Below are positions 23,862-37,198 of a stretch of 64,000 nt of DNA, piece by piece (positions within the stretch are counted from its first letter, which is position 1; each line of letters begins with the position of its first letter). This DNA is from Tubulanus polymorphus (lineage: Eukaryota; Animalia; Nemertea), in the NCBI RefSeq assembly GCF_964204645.1, contig NC_134030.1, positions 2,091,355 to 2,155,354 of the forward strand. Direction: 5' to 3'. Position numbers and translations under genes: made by a program. A model generated the notes under the pieces. That model did not search any database, was not told the DNA's origin, and worked only from the letters and a program-made list of their open reading frames with translations.

Positions 23862-26433
23862 AAGAGAGAAGGAAGAGAGAGGAGGGAGAGGAGAGAGGAG
23901 AGAGGAGGGAGAGAGGAGGGAGAGAGAGGAGGGAGGAGAAAGGAAAGGGGTGAGAGGAAGAGAAGAGAGAGAGGAGAGAGTTAGTGGGTTAGAGAGAGAG
24001 GAAGAGAGAGTTAGTGGGTTAGAAAAAGAGAGAGAGTTAGTGGGTTAGAGAAAGAGGAAGAGAGAGTTAGTGGGTTAGAGAAAGAGGGAAAGGATAGAGA
24101 GAGGGAAAGGATAGAGGGGGAAAGGATAGAGACAGAGAGGGAAAGGATAGAGAGACAGAGAAAAAGAATAGAGACAGAGAGAGAAAGGACAGAGACAGGG
24201 AGGGAAAGCATAGAGACAGAGAGGGAAAGGATAGAGACAGAGAGGGAAAGGATAGAGACAGGTAGAAAGAAGGGGTGATAAAAACGATAAAACATATGGG
24301 TAAAAACAATAAAACAAATGATAAAACATATGGGTAAAATGATAAAAAATGATAAAAACTGTTAAAAAGAGGCAGTTTAACGTCATACCACAGGACAAAA
24401 CAGATAAAAATCGCTGATAAAATGTATGGATAAAACGTATTGTTAAAAAGAGGCAGTTTAACGTCGTACCACAGGACAAACAGATAAAATCACTGATAAA
24501 ATGTATGGATAAAACGTATTGTTAAAAAGAGGCAGTTTAACGTCATACCACAGGACAAATAGATAAAAATCACTAATAAAATGTATAAATAAAACGTATT
24601 GTTAAAAAGAGGCAGTTTAACGTCATACCATAGGACAACTTGTAAACTGAGGTACACTAGCAATACTACTCATGTTTGTAGGTAAAGTATTTTAGACAAT
24701 TATATAACTTTTTCAACCTCTGCAATATCAATTCTACAAGTCATCTTTAAAATTGTTTATTTGAAATAAACCAACAAAACAGAATGTAGCATTGAATTTA
24801 TATTAATGTTATCAGGAGCTGAAAATCCTAATCCACTGTTTCAGTACATGTATCAATGTTTCAGTACATGTATCAATGTTTCAGTACATGTATCAAACTT
24901 TCAATGTTTAATAAAGTTTCACTACTACCAATTGATTCAGCAGTCTACAAAAGATTTGTGTCTTACTTATTTCGTGATGAGAGAGAGGAGAGAGAGGAGT
25001 CATGTAGGAAATGTAGTGATACACCTTTCAAAGTGTTTTTACGAATGAAAATCAGTCTATTCTAGATTATGGATGTATATTGCTGGAGGAGACAAACCGT
25101 ATTCCAATTGAATCCATTTTTAGCTTTAAGACGTTGATAATACCAGCATTCATCATCATCAACCCAAAGCTGAATTACTTCAAACCAATAAGAAGAGATA
25201 TACTGCAACCAACGACCTGTGAGGGGAAATTATGCTCAATCATTGAGATGATTGCTCAGAGCTGCAACCAATGAAGTGAAATCCAATCAATGAGGGAAAA
25301 GTATACTGCAACTGATTAGGGGAAGTGAACTTCAAACCTGTGAGGGGAAATTATGCTCAATCATTGAGATGATTGAGCATAGCTTCAACCAATGAAGTGA
25401 AATCCAATCAATGAGAGAAAAGTATACTGCAACTGATTAGGGGAAGTGAACTTCAAACCTGTGAGGGGAAATTATGCTCAATCATTGAGATGATTGAGCA
25501 TAGCTTCAACCAATGAAGTGAAATCCAATCAATGAGAGAAAAGTATACTGCAACTGATTAGGGGAAGTGAACTGCAAACCTGTGAGGGGAAATTATGCTC
25601 AATCATTGAGATGATTGAGCATAGCTTCAACCGATGATGGTAAATAATACTTCGAACCAGTGAGGGGTAATTATACCGCAATCCACGAGGGATCGTGCAA
25701 ACCAGTGGTAGTTATAGACACTTGCAATCTAGCAGATTAGAGATCAAAGGAAGCAACATCACTCCAATCCTTATTTCTTGACGTAAAATTAAATGCTCTT
25801 TTGTCTTTGATAAATTGTATTTGAAATAAAACACTACAATTTTCTTAACTAGAATCTTCTTTCAAATGTTAAACAAAAAGGAGGAAGGACTAAATGTAAT
25901 GGTATCAATGCTACAAATGTATGTAAAAAGTGAAAAGTAATAGTTTGAAACCAAGCGTGAATGCATTCATTCTGTTGTATTGAATAAAGTGAGATTTGAT
26001 GACAATTACGAACATATATTAAAATTGGCTCTAAAATAGTTTCAATTAAAAAATAGATATCTATTAGTTTGAAAATTTAAAACGTTTTCAAGAAAAGAAA
26101 CTCTTAAAAATGTACAAATAATTGTTTAAAAAGTTTTTAAGAAAATATTCCGGAATGTAATATGTAGTAAAAATTAAAATCATAAAAATATATATACACT
26201 AATAAAAAGATAAAAACGAATAACTATTTACAAATTTACAATATTTACAAGAGAGAAATAAAAACTGCTATTAACAAATTTACAATATTTACAAGAGAGG
26301 AATAAAAACTAATATATTTACAAATTTACAATATTTACAAGAGAGAAAGAAAAGAGAGAGAGAAAGAAAAGAGAGAGAGAGGGGGAAACGGAGGGAAATA
26401 AAAACTACTATTTACAAATTTACAATATTTACA

Positions 26434-26466
<33 letters not shown>

Positions 26467-27164
26467 AAGAGAGAAGGAAGAGAGATGAGGGAGAGAGAGA
26501 GGAGAGAGGAGGGAGAGAGAGGAGGGAGAGGAGAGAGGAGGGAGAGAGGAGGGAGAGAGAGGAGGGAGGAGAAAGGAAAGGGGTGAGAGGAAGAGAAGAG
26601 AGAGAGGAGAGAGTTAGTGGGTTAGAGAGAGAGGAAGAGAGAGTTAGTGGGTTAGAAAAAGAGAGAGAGTTAGTGGGTTAGAGAAAGAGGAAGAGAGAGT
26701 TAGTGGGTTAGAGAAAGAGGGAAAGGATAGAGAGAGGGAAAGGATAGAGGGGGAAATGATAGAGACAGAGAGGGAAAGGATAGAGAGACAGAGAAAAAGA
26801 ATAGAGACAGAGAAAGAAAGGACAGAGACAGGGAGGGAAAGCATAGAGACAGAGAGGGAAAGGATAGAGACAGAGAGGGAAAGGATAGAGACAGGTAGAA
26901 AGAAGGGGTGATAAAAACGATAAAACATATGGGTAAAAACAATAAAACAAATGATAAAACATATGGGTAAAATGATAAAAAATGATAAAAACTGTTAAAA
27001 AGAGGCAGTTTAACGTCATACCACAGGACAAACAGATAAAAATCACTAGTAAAATGTATGGATAAAACGTATTGTTAAAAAGAGGCAGTTTAACGTCATA
27101 CCACAGGACAACTTGTAAACAGAGGTACACTAGCAATACTACTCATGTTTGTAGGTAAAGTATT

Positions 27165-27440
27165 GTCAATCATTATCGGAACCAAAGTGATTTCAGAATG
27201 GAATAACTGGGTCAGGCCAATCACTCACTCGCTGATCATCAATTACTGGTACTACACAACCAAAGAAAGAGTGTTTACCACGTGGTATTTTAGGCCAGGT
27301 CTTACCTCCCAATAATAGTGCCACCTATATTCTATTTAGCTTTTTGTGCGTTGATTTGTACATTGATACATCCTCAATCCGCTAACACAAACCCAGGTCG
27401 TAAACCCTTCATTGGTCTCTTAACTACCAATATCAAGAAA
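27165..27440 (-). promoter_or_regulatory. Possible internal promoter or regulatory island
   Basis: Unique, more GC-rich patch with GGCCAATCA (CCAAT 27217-27221), the palindrome TACCACGTGGTA (E-box, 27276-27287) and further CCAAT/ATTGG near 27410-27432. Also contains a minus-strand donor-like GAG|GTAAG at 27305. Confidence 0.3.
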
Positions 27441-27482
27441 ACCGGGCGTAATTAAAACTGCTGTTAGCGCTTAAATATTTTC

Positions 27483-28832
27483 AATGAACTGAGAGTAATT
27501 TCATGAATGATGAATTTACCCTCAGTGCATTCATTGTTTTAATGATGATCCTGAGAGTAATTTCAACACTGATGAATTCATTCTCAGTTCATTCATTGTT
27601 TTAATGATGATCCTGAGAGTAATTTCAACAATGATGAATTTACCCTCAGTTCATTCATTGTTTTAATGATGATCCTGAGAGCAATTTCAACAATGATGAA
27701 TTTACCCCCCTGAGTTCATTCATTGTTTTAATGATGATCCTGAGAGTAATTTCAACACTGATGAATTCATTCTCAGTTCATTCATTGTTTTAATGATGAT
27801 CCTGAGAGTAATTTCAACAATGATGAATTTATTCTCAGTTCATTCATTGTTTTAATGATGATCCTGAGAGTAATTTCAACAATGATGAATTTACCCTCAG
27901 TTCATTCATTGTTTTAATGATGATCCTGAGAGTAATTTCAACACTGATGAATTCATTCTCAGTTCATTCATTGTTTTAATGATGATCCTGAGAGTAATTT
28001 CAACAATGATGAATTTACCCTCAGTTCATTCATTGTTTTAATGATGATCCTGAGAGTAATTTCAACAATGATGAATTCATTCTCAGTTCATTCATTGTTT
28101 TAATGATGATCCTGAGAGTAATTTCAACAATGATGAATTTACCCTCAGTTCATTCATTGTTTTAATGATGATCCTGAGAGTGATTTCAACAATGATGAAT
28201 TCACCCTCAGTTCATTCATTGTTTTAATGATGATCCTGAGAGTAATTTCAACAATGATGAATTCATTCTCAGTTCATTCATTGTTTTAATGATGATCCTG
28301 CGAGTAATTTCAACAATGATGAATTTATTCTCAGTTCATTCATTGTTTTAATGATGATCCTGAGAGTAATTTCAACAATGATGAATTTACCCTCAGTTCA
28401 TTCATTGTTTTAATGATGATCCTGAGAGTAATTTCAACAATGATGAATTTACCCTCAGTTCATTCATTGTTTTAATGATGATCCTGAGAGTAATTTCAAC
28501 AATGATGAATTTATTCTCAGTTCATTCAATGTTTTAATGATGATCCTGAGAGCAATTTCAACAATGATGAATTTATTCTCAGTTCATTCATTGTTTTAAT
28601 GATGATCCTGAGAGTAATTTCAACAATGATGAATTCATTCTCAGTTCATTCATTGTTTTAATGATGATCCTGAGAGTAATTTCAACAATGATGAATTCAT
28701 TCTCAGTTCATTCATTGTTTTAATGATGATCCTGAGAGTAATTTCAACAATGATGAATTTACCCTCAGTTCATTCATTGTTTTAATGATGATCCTGAGAG
28801 TAATTTCAACAATGATGAATTCACCCTCAGTC
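27483..28832. repeat. 62-bp tandem array (~21-22 copies), each monomer an imperfect ~57-nt palindrome
   Basis: Period 62 (27541, 27603...). ctgagagtaatttca-acaatga-tgaatttaccctcag stem extended by aatgatga/tcattcatt. Confidence 0.97.
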
Positions 28833-29339
28833 CATCACATTCTAAAATGTTACTATTTTATTCAGTGAAAATCTCTGAACTGCATAAATAGAAGATCTTA
28901 AACGGGATTATTGATTAATGTACCCGAGTGTAACTTATAACATAAATTGACCCTCAGTTTATCAGAGGTTTATACTTTACTTAAGTTAACAGCATAAACT
29001 CAAACTCAACTCGACTTTAATCAACTGGAACGAATTAGATTTGAAACATAGAAACGTGAAAAAAAACTTATAAGTAGTAAAAAGGTAGAAAATAAAATAT
29101 AAGAAAAAGTTCTCAATCACATTTCATATTTACTAAGCCTATATCGACTTGAGTTAATGCTCTTTATGCGTGCATTATATACATCATGGGCCTTTTATAT
29201 AACCTCTATTTATATCCGTTTTGTGGACCACGTAATTCAGATCAAACCTGGGCCTTCAGTTATTCCATCCATGAATCACTTGGGTTCGCATATACTGATA
29301 GTCAAATATAAGATATTTCATCTAATCAATGTTTTAGTT

Positions 29340-29960
29340 AGTATTAAAATACAGATAAAAATTGTTCTAAAAGAATATATACAAATAAAATAGTTTTAAA
29401 AATATATATATATAAATAAGATATTTTTAAAATATATATAAATAAAATAGTTTTTAAAATATATACAAATAAAAAAGTTTTTAAAATATATACAAATACA
29501 ACAGTTTAAAAGATAATTAAAGATAAAATATATACAAATGAAAAAGTTTTAAAATTCAGATATTAAGATAGTTTCTAGATATAATAGTTATTTTAAAATT
29601 AAGACAAAATACTTTCTTTAATAGTTTTAAATTCAGATAAATTAGTTTTTAGATATTATAGTTACAAATCCACAAAAAGGCTTATATAATAATCAATCCT
29701 TGAATAGATTAAAGGATAATTTAAGATAAAATACATACAAATGAAATAGTTTTAAAATTCAGATAAGATAGTTTTTAGATATAATAGTTATTTTTAAATT
29801 AACATAAAATACTTTCTTTAATAGTTTAAAATTCAGATAAATTAGTTTTTAGATATTATAGTTACTTTAAAATGGAGATAATTTAATATAGTCTAGAACA
29901 TTCTTAAAAAAGTTTTCAGAATTACTAGTTTAGAAGTAATAATGAAATAGTTTTGGAATT
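29340..29960. repeat. Very AT-rich degenerate ~28-bp repeats plus a ~205-bp-period duplication
   Basis: aaaatatatacaaataaaatagttttt repeats; 29510-29665 recurs at 29715-29865. Confidence 0.8.
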
Positions 29961-30312
29961 TCAGCACTGAAGGACTCAAAAATGGCCAAATTAACTAACT
30001 GTTCAACATGTGCAGTATGACTGGATCTCAGTCAGTGAAAATCTATCAATGATGCCGGTTTGAGTTTGGATTTTGTGACCTCTTCACAACAATAATTGCA
30101 AAGTAGCTGAGAAACTACAAGTAGCTACATTTCATGTAATAATTAGTAGATGATATCACATATCTTAATACAACTGATGTCCTTTTTGGGGACCAAGGCT
30201 TCTCCTGAGGAATTAATCCTACCATATGAATGATCGAGATATTGAAAACAACTTCTTTGTCAATTTCTTCTCAATTGGTATGAACTTAAAACAATTTTCC
30301 TTTTTTACACAA

Positions 30313-30628
30313 TCTCCTCTATCATATATCTCCATTAACTCCTGTCTCATATCTCCATAAACTCCTCTATCATATCCACATAAACTCCTCTCTCATATCT
30401 ACATTAACTCCTCTCTCATATCTCCATTAACTCCTCTCTCATATCTACATAAACTCCTCTCTCATATCTCCATAAACTCCTCTATCATATCTACATAAAC
30501 TCCTCTATCATATCTACATAAACTCCTCTATCATATCTACATAAACTCCTCTCTCATATCTACATAAACTCCTCTCTCCATAAACTCCTCTCTCATATCT
30601 CCATAAACTCCTCTCTCATATCTCTCAT
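30313..30628. repeat. 23-bp C/T-rich minisatellite (catatctccataaactcctctct), ~13 copies
   Basis: actcctc recurs at 30361, 30384, 30407, 30430... Confidence 0.95.
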
Positions 30629-31494
30629 GCCTTATTGATTTCAACAAGAGATGCAGAACTAATTTAACAAGAATTTTGAATCCAAACCTTGATTCTGGTG
30701 ATCGTTAGAATCGGTAGAGATTAATATAAATCAATAAAACTTCACTCAACTGTGATAACAACTAATTTTCCAATCCGAGATCTTTATTTGATACTTTCTT
30801 TATCAGAGATTCTTAATCATTGCAATTTTGCAGATTTTTTGCATTATTCTATTCTATCCTATGTTCAATTATGAACTGATAAATTCATGCATTGAAGACT
30901 GATCGAGTGAACTTTCACACCTTAGAAATTTAATGAAATTGATTACCGTAGTCTTTGCTGTGGTTTCCTATCATGCGCAATTTTTTATCTGGACGATATA
31001 TGTATTTCTATTCCTTATGAGTAAATATTTTAAATTCCTCCGATCACATTTGAAGGACTTCTTTCCGTTGTTGAGCATTAGATATTGACATTCCAATCAT
31101 TTCAAGTTTTCCTGGGATATCAATTATTTAATCTTTAACTCTATGAAATCAAGTAAATAACAATTCCATGGTTTTACACTTGAAGTAAGAACATCATAGC
31201 ATTTGGGGGGGGGGAGGGCAACATGGAACATCGAACAATCCATTTCAATGTAGTTTCCTAAAGAATCGCTGTTCCATCTCCATGTTCCAAGTTTGATAAG
31301 GAATCACATTTTGTGAATCATAGCCGTTCTTCTCGATTTGAAAAAAAATCCACTTTTTTTCAAAAATCCACTTTTTATTGTAGAGATTGATTTCCTGCAT
31401 ATCCCAAAAGACATTTGCAAAGGCTGACCATGGCATTAGAATAGATGACTGTCACAATTAAATAGATGGTATGGATGGTTACTGCTGCAAACAA

Positions 31495-31800
31495 GTAGTA
31501 ATGCAAGGATGGTAAATGCTTCAGCATCATGGGAAGCACAATGAACCTTAGTTAATAAGGTATTGTAAAAGAAGTAATGCAAGGGTGTTAAATGCTTCAT
31601 TGTGAGAAGCAAAATGAACCTTAGTGAATAAGGTGTTGTGAAAGATGTATCGCAAGACTCGAATTTCAGAACGCAAAAAGGCAAAAGAAGTAATGCGAGG
31701 ATTGTAAATGCTTCAGCATCGTGAGAAGCAAAATGAACCTTAGTTGATACGGTATTGTAAAGAAGGTATAACAAGGATGGTAAATGCTGAAGCATCGTGA
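31495..31800. repeat. Four degenerate ~76-bp repeats (gtaatgcaaggatggtaaatgcttcagcatc..gaagcaaaatgaaccttagtt)
   Basis: Visible tandem copies at ~31497, 31574, 31690 and 31766. Confidence 0.85.
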
Positions 31801-32479
31801 GACATCCTGATTGAGCTTGACGGCTGAGCAAGGCGGTGCCCCAACTGGAGTGCCCGATGTTGATACCTGGGCAGGTGCTTTAATAGTATCATTATCATCC
31901 TCTTTATCACTACTTGCTTCCTTCAAATTTGGCTGACTCAGCAGGGAAGGACGAGCCACATGTTCAGGATTAGAATTTATCCTTTTTTCTCGAAAAAACA
32001 GACCTCTGTGACTATATGTGGATGATTGGTGACCAACAGTCACATCAGTTTCAGCTTCCATCAGCCTTTTTTCTTCACATAAATATTTTGATAGAGAAGG
32101 AACCTTCCAAAACCATACGCCTGGATTTTCTGTCTCTTGGAAGACATTCTTCGGATCGTTAATTTAAGCATTATTTGCCTTAAATTCAACGCACAATATG
32201 AACCATATCACCATTGACAACAGATGAGGCCGTATTAAATTGCGCGCCGAATACCGAACTAAATGATCGATTGTTGAAAGTTGTCAATGCTCCGCATGCA
32301 CAGAAGCACAGTTCACCAACTGACGGAGGAGCAAACTCAAAAGGAGTTTCAATAATGTAAGGAAGAGTTTGTAACAGACCTTTCATATAGATGTCCTATA
32401 CCGGAAGGGCTCTGCTGCGAGTCAAGTGGCTTCAGACTGATCTCTTAGTCTTTTGTGATGTTTTCTAATAATTGTAAAT
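31666..32479 (-). pseudogene. Possible decayed coding exon of unknown origin
   Basis: Follows a strong acceptor (tttttttcattccAG at 32480). Protein-like fragments occur in shifting frames (MKGLLQTLPYIIETPFEF..., KNVFQETENPGVWFWKVPSLSKYLCEEKRLMEAETD...). No family recognised. Confidence 0.3.
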
Positions 32480-34880
32480 CTGGAATGAAAAAAAAAAACA
32501 TTAAGTATCATGTATATTAAACATTAATGACACGTCCACGTATAACTTACTTTCTATTGATTAGACACAGCTTTGAATATGAATAATATGATGAATATTT
32601 CACAATTTGGAACATTTTGAAACCCGGAAATGAATTTACTTCCTCAAGTTATTTCTCATCCACCAGAGCCTCTTACTCACTATCCAATTCAATTCAATAC
32701 AAACTTTATTCACCATTTGATTTGTTTGCAAATTCAATAAATTCTTGAGTGCTGACAAAAATTGCAGCATTCATTAAAATGAAAAATTTATACTCAAACA
32801 ATTGAGAAATCTAATTCTAATGATATTAGATGTTTCAGGTGAATAACTGATGATATTCAAAATAATTGAGATTGAGACAATTTTGAGTTTTTGGAAATCC
32901 AATAATGTGGAGATATGAGATAGAATAATTTGAGATGTTTGTCAAAAATAATTAAGAATTTGAGATATCTAATATGAAATGATTGAGATTGATAAAGTAG
33001 TGTTTGATACTTACTCAAATCAACAAAATGCGCTGAAGGGAGCAGGCTCCAACTTCAGGACCTTGGCTTGCACCAGCACCATCAAACCAGTAAGAAGACT
33101 TTTTTCTGACGCTGTGGTTGATGTATTAGTTGTAGATGTCGTATCTGTGGTTGTTGACTGCTGTTGACTTGTCTGCTTTTGACAACTGCTGCTGCTGCTG
33201 CTGCTGCTACTACTGAAATGTAGAAAGAGATTTCATAAAAAATCTCGAGAATTGAAATGATAAATCATAAGAAATAATGTCGTCGAAATTTATGTAACCC
33301 AGTGAAAAATACATTTAATTATCAATTAATCATCACTATCTAAATATTAGATATTCAAAAGAAGCCACCAGAATTAAATGGGTCACAATTTCAAAATCAA
33401 TTGGCGGCGCTTCGAATGAAAGATTTCTATAGATTTGAGTCATGGTTGAATAGACTGAGCTGTCTATGTATTACACCTAGGCATGTCAGCTAGCCGCTTT
33501 AGCGCGAATATTGCTACACCAGAAAACTTAAGCAAAAATTAAAAATTGCATATACTTTCTTAATTACTACCACTATCTACATTGAAAATCAATATATATA
33601 TATATGTTATGGAAATAACGATTTCTTCAAAAAATCAAAAAGTAACACGGAAAGTGCTTATAATTAGTAAGATAACCAAATTTACACACATTTCACACCT
33701 ATTTATGATTTGTACTTGCGGACGTTTGAAATTAACTTGCGTAAACAGTACAACGAATATATTTTGATAGAGAAGGAAACTTCCAAAACTATACGCCTGC
33801 TCTTGGAAGACATTCTTCTGGATTGTTAATTTAATCTTTATTTGCCTCAAATTCAACGCACAATATGAACCGTATCACCATTGACAACAGATAAGGCCGT
33901 ATTAAATTGCGCGCCGAATACCGAACTAAATGATAATGAAATCGATTGTTGAAAGTTGTCAATGCTCCGCATGCACAGGAGAAGCACAGTTCACCAACTG
34001 ACGGAGGAGCAAACTCAAAAGGAGTCTCAATAATGTAAGGAAGAGTTTGTAACAGACCTTTCATATAGATTGTCCAATACCGGAAGGGCTCTGCTGCGAG
34101 TCAAGTGTCTTCAGACTGATCTCTTGATGTTTTCTAATAATTGTATATCTGGAATGAAAAAAAAATCATTAAGTATCATGTATATTAAACATTAATGACA
34201 CGTCCACTTATAACTTACTTTCTATTGATTAGACACAGCTTTGAATATGAATAATATGATGAATATTTCACAATTTGGAACATTTTGACCGGATTTTGAA
34301 ACCCGGAAATGAATTTACTTCCTCAAGTTATTTCTCATCCACCAGAGCCTCTTACTCACTATCCAATTCAATTCAATCCAAACTTTATTCACCATTTGAT
34401 TTGTTTGCAAATTCAATAAATTCTTGAGTGCTGACAAAAATTGCAGCATTCATCAAAATGAAAAATTTTTACTCGTACAATTGAGAAATCTTATTCTAGT
34501 GATATTAGATGTTTGAGGTGAATAACTGATGATATTCAAAATAATTGAGATTGAGACAATTTTGAGTTTTTGGAAATCCAATCATGTGGAGATTTGAGAT
34601 AGAATAATTTGAGATGTTTGTCAAAATTAATTGAGAATTTGAGATATCTAATATGAAATGATTGAGATTGATAAAGAAGAGTTTGATACTTACTCAAATC
34701 AACAAAATGCGCTGAAGGAAGCAGGCTCCAATTTCAGGACCTTGGCTAACACCAGCGCCATTAAACCAGTAAGAAGACTTTTTTCTGACGCTGTGGTTGA
34801 TGAATTAGTTGTAGATATCGTATCTGTGGTTAATTGTTACAGTTGTTGTTGATTGCTGTTGACTTGTCTGCTTTTGACAA

Positions 34881-34928
<48 letters not shown>

Positions 34929-37168
34929 CGGCTACTGGAAGGTAGAAAGAGAAAATAAAAAATCAAGAGAATTGAAGTAATTATGTCGTCGAGGTTTATG
35001 TAACCCAGTGAAAAATAATTGTAAATACATTTAATTATCAATTAATCATTGCTATCTAAATATAAGATATTCAAAAGAAGACACCAGAATTAAATGGGTC
35101 GCAATTTCAAAATCAATTGGCGGCGCTTCGAATGAAAGGTTTCTATAGATTCGAGTCATGGTTGAATAGACTGAGCTGTCTATGTATTACACCTAGGCAT
35201 GTCAGCTTGCCGCTTTAGCGCGAATATTGCTACACCAGAAAACTTAAGCAATAATTAAAAATTGCATATACTTTCTTAATTACCACTATCTACATTGAAA
35301 ATCAATATATATATATATGTTATGGAAATAACGATTTCTTCAAAAAATCAAAAAGTAACACAGAAAGTGCTTATAATTAGTAAGATAACCAAATTTACAC
35401 ACATTTCACACCTATTTATGATTTGTACTTGCGGACGTTTGAAATTAACTTGCGTAAACAGTACAACGAATATATTTTGATAGAGAAGGAACCTTCCGAA
35501 ACTATACGCCTGGATTTTCTGTCTCTTAGAAGACATTCTTCTGGATTGTTAATTTAAGTTTTATTTGCCTCAAATTCAACGCACAATATGAACCGTATCA
35601 CCATTGACAACAGATGAGGCCGTATTAAATTGCGCGCCGTATACCGAACTAAATGATAATGAAATCGATTGTTGAAAGTTGTCAATGCTCCGCATGCACA
35701 GGAGAAGCACAGTTCACCAACTGACGGAGGAGCAAACTCAAGAGGAGTTTCAATAATGTAAGGAAGAGTTTGTAACAGACCTTTCATATAGATGTCCAAT
35801 ACAGGAAGGGCTCTGCTGCGAGTCAAGTGGCTTCAGACGGATCTCTTAGTCTTTTGTGATGTTTTCTAATAATTGTAAATCTGGAATGAAAAAAAAAAAC
35901 ATTAAGTATCATGTATATTAAACATTAATGACACGTCCACGTATAACTTACTTTCTATTGATTAGACACAGCTTTGAATATGAATAATATGATGAATATT
36001 TCACAATTTGGAACATTTTGAAACTCGGAAATGACTTTACTTCCTCGAGTTATTTCTCATCCACCAGAGCCTCTTACTCGCTATCCAATTCAATTCAATC
36101 CAAACTTTATTCACCATTTGATTTGTTTGCAAATTCAATGAATTCTAGAGTGCTGACAAAATTTGCAGCAGTCATCAAAATGAAAAATTTTTACTCGAAC
36201 AATTGAGAAATCTTATTCTAGTGATATTAGAGGTTTGAGGTGAATAACTGATGATATTCAAAATAATTGAGATTGAGACAATTTTGAGTTTTTGGAAATC
36301 CAATAATGTGGAGATATGAGATAGAATAATTTGAGATGTTTGTCAAAAATAATTAAGAATTTGAGATATCTAATATGAAATGATTGAGATTGATAAAGTA
36401 GTGTTTGATACTTACTCAAATCAACAAAATGCGCCGAAGGAAGCAGGCTCCAATTTCAGGACCTTGGCTTGCACCAGCACCATCAAACCAGTAAGAAGAC
36501 TTTTTTCTGACGCTGTGGTTGATGTATTAGTTGTAGATGTCGTATCTGTGTTTAATTGTTACAGTTGTTGTTGATTGCTGTTGACTTGTCTGCTTTTGAC
36601 AACTGCTGCTGCTGCTGCTGCTACTACTGAAATGTAGAAAGAGATTTCATAAAAAATCTCGAGAATTGAAATGATAAATCATCAGAAATAATGTCGTCGA
36701 AATTTATGTAACCCAGTGAAAAATACATTTAATTATCAATTAATCATCACTATCTAAATATTAGATATTCGAAAGAAGCCACCAGAATTAAATGGGTCAC
36801 AATTTCAAAATCAATTGGCGGCGCTTCGAATGAAAGATTTCTATAGATTCGAGTCATGGTTGAATAGACTGAGCTGTCTATGTATTACACCTAGGCATGT
36901 CAGCTTGCCGCTTTAGCGCGAATATTGCTACACCAGAAAACTTAAGCAATAACTAAAAATTGCATATACTCTCTTAATCACCACTATCTACATTGAAAAT
37001 CAATAGATATGTTATGGAAATTACGATTTCTTCAAAAAATCAAAAAGTAACACGGAAAGTGCTTATAATTAGTAAGATAACCAAATTTACACACATTTCA
37101 CACCTATTTATGATTTGTACTTGCGGACGTTTGAAATTAACTTGCGTAAACAGTACAACGAATATTTT
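32082..37168. repeat. Triplicated ~1.7-kb module containing two exon/intron junction sets and a (CTG)n tract
   Basis: Copies ~32082-33758, 33759-35470 and 35471-37168 (ORF offsets 33582/35295/36993). Minus-strand exons 33015-33212, 34694-34934 and 36416-36626 are bounded by tt(t/c)cAG and GA|GTAAGT. 70-71-nt introns are conserved in all three copies. Confidence 0.93.
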
Positions 37169-37198
37169 AGGTGAAATTTACGAGTGAAATGTTCTTAC

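Larger units (their letters stand above)
19675..27163. repeat. Compound repeat C, 2.5 copies (~19675-23260, 23260-25868, 25868-27163 truncated)
   Basis: Each copy has a tatttacaaatttacaatatttacaag array, a GA-rich tract, an ~80-bp aaagaggcagtttaacgtcataccacaggaca repeat, a 20-bp x3 repeat and a 121-bp hairpin repeat (the last two absent from the truncated copy). ORF-track repeats at 21236, 24011 and 26644. Confidence 0.95.

Noticed and set aside
27483-28832. Box C/D snoRNA array (ATGATGA and CTGA on plus strand)
   Set aside because: The C-like and D-like boxes are only 2 nt apart with no guide region or terminal stem, and they lie on the strand opposite the splice signals.
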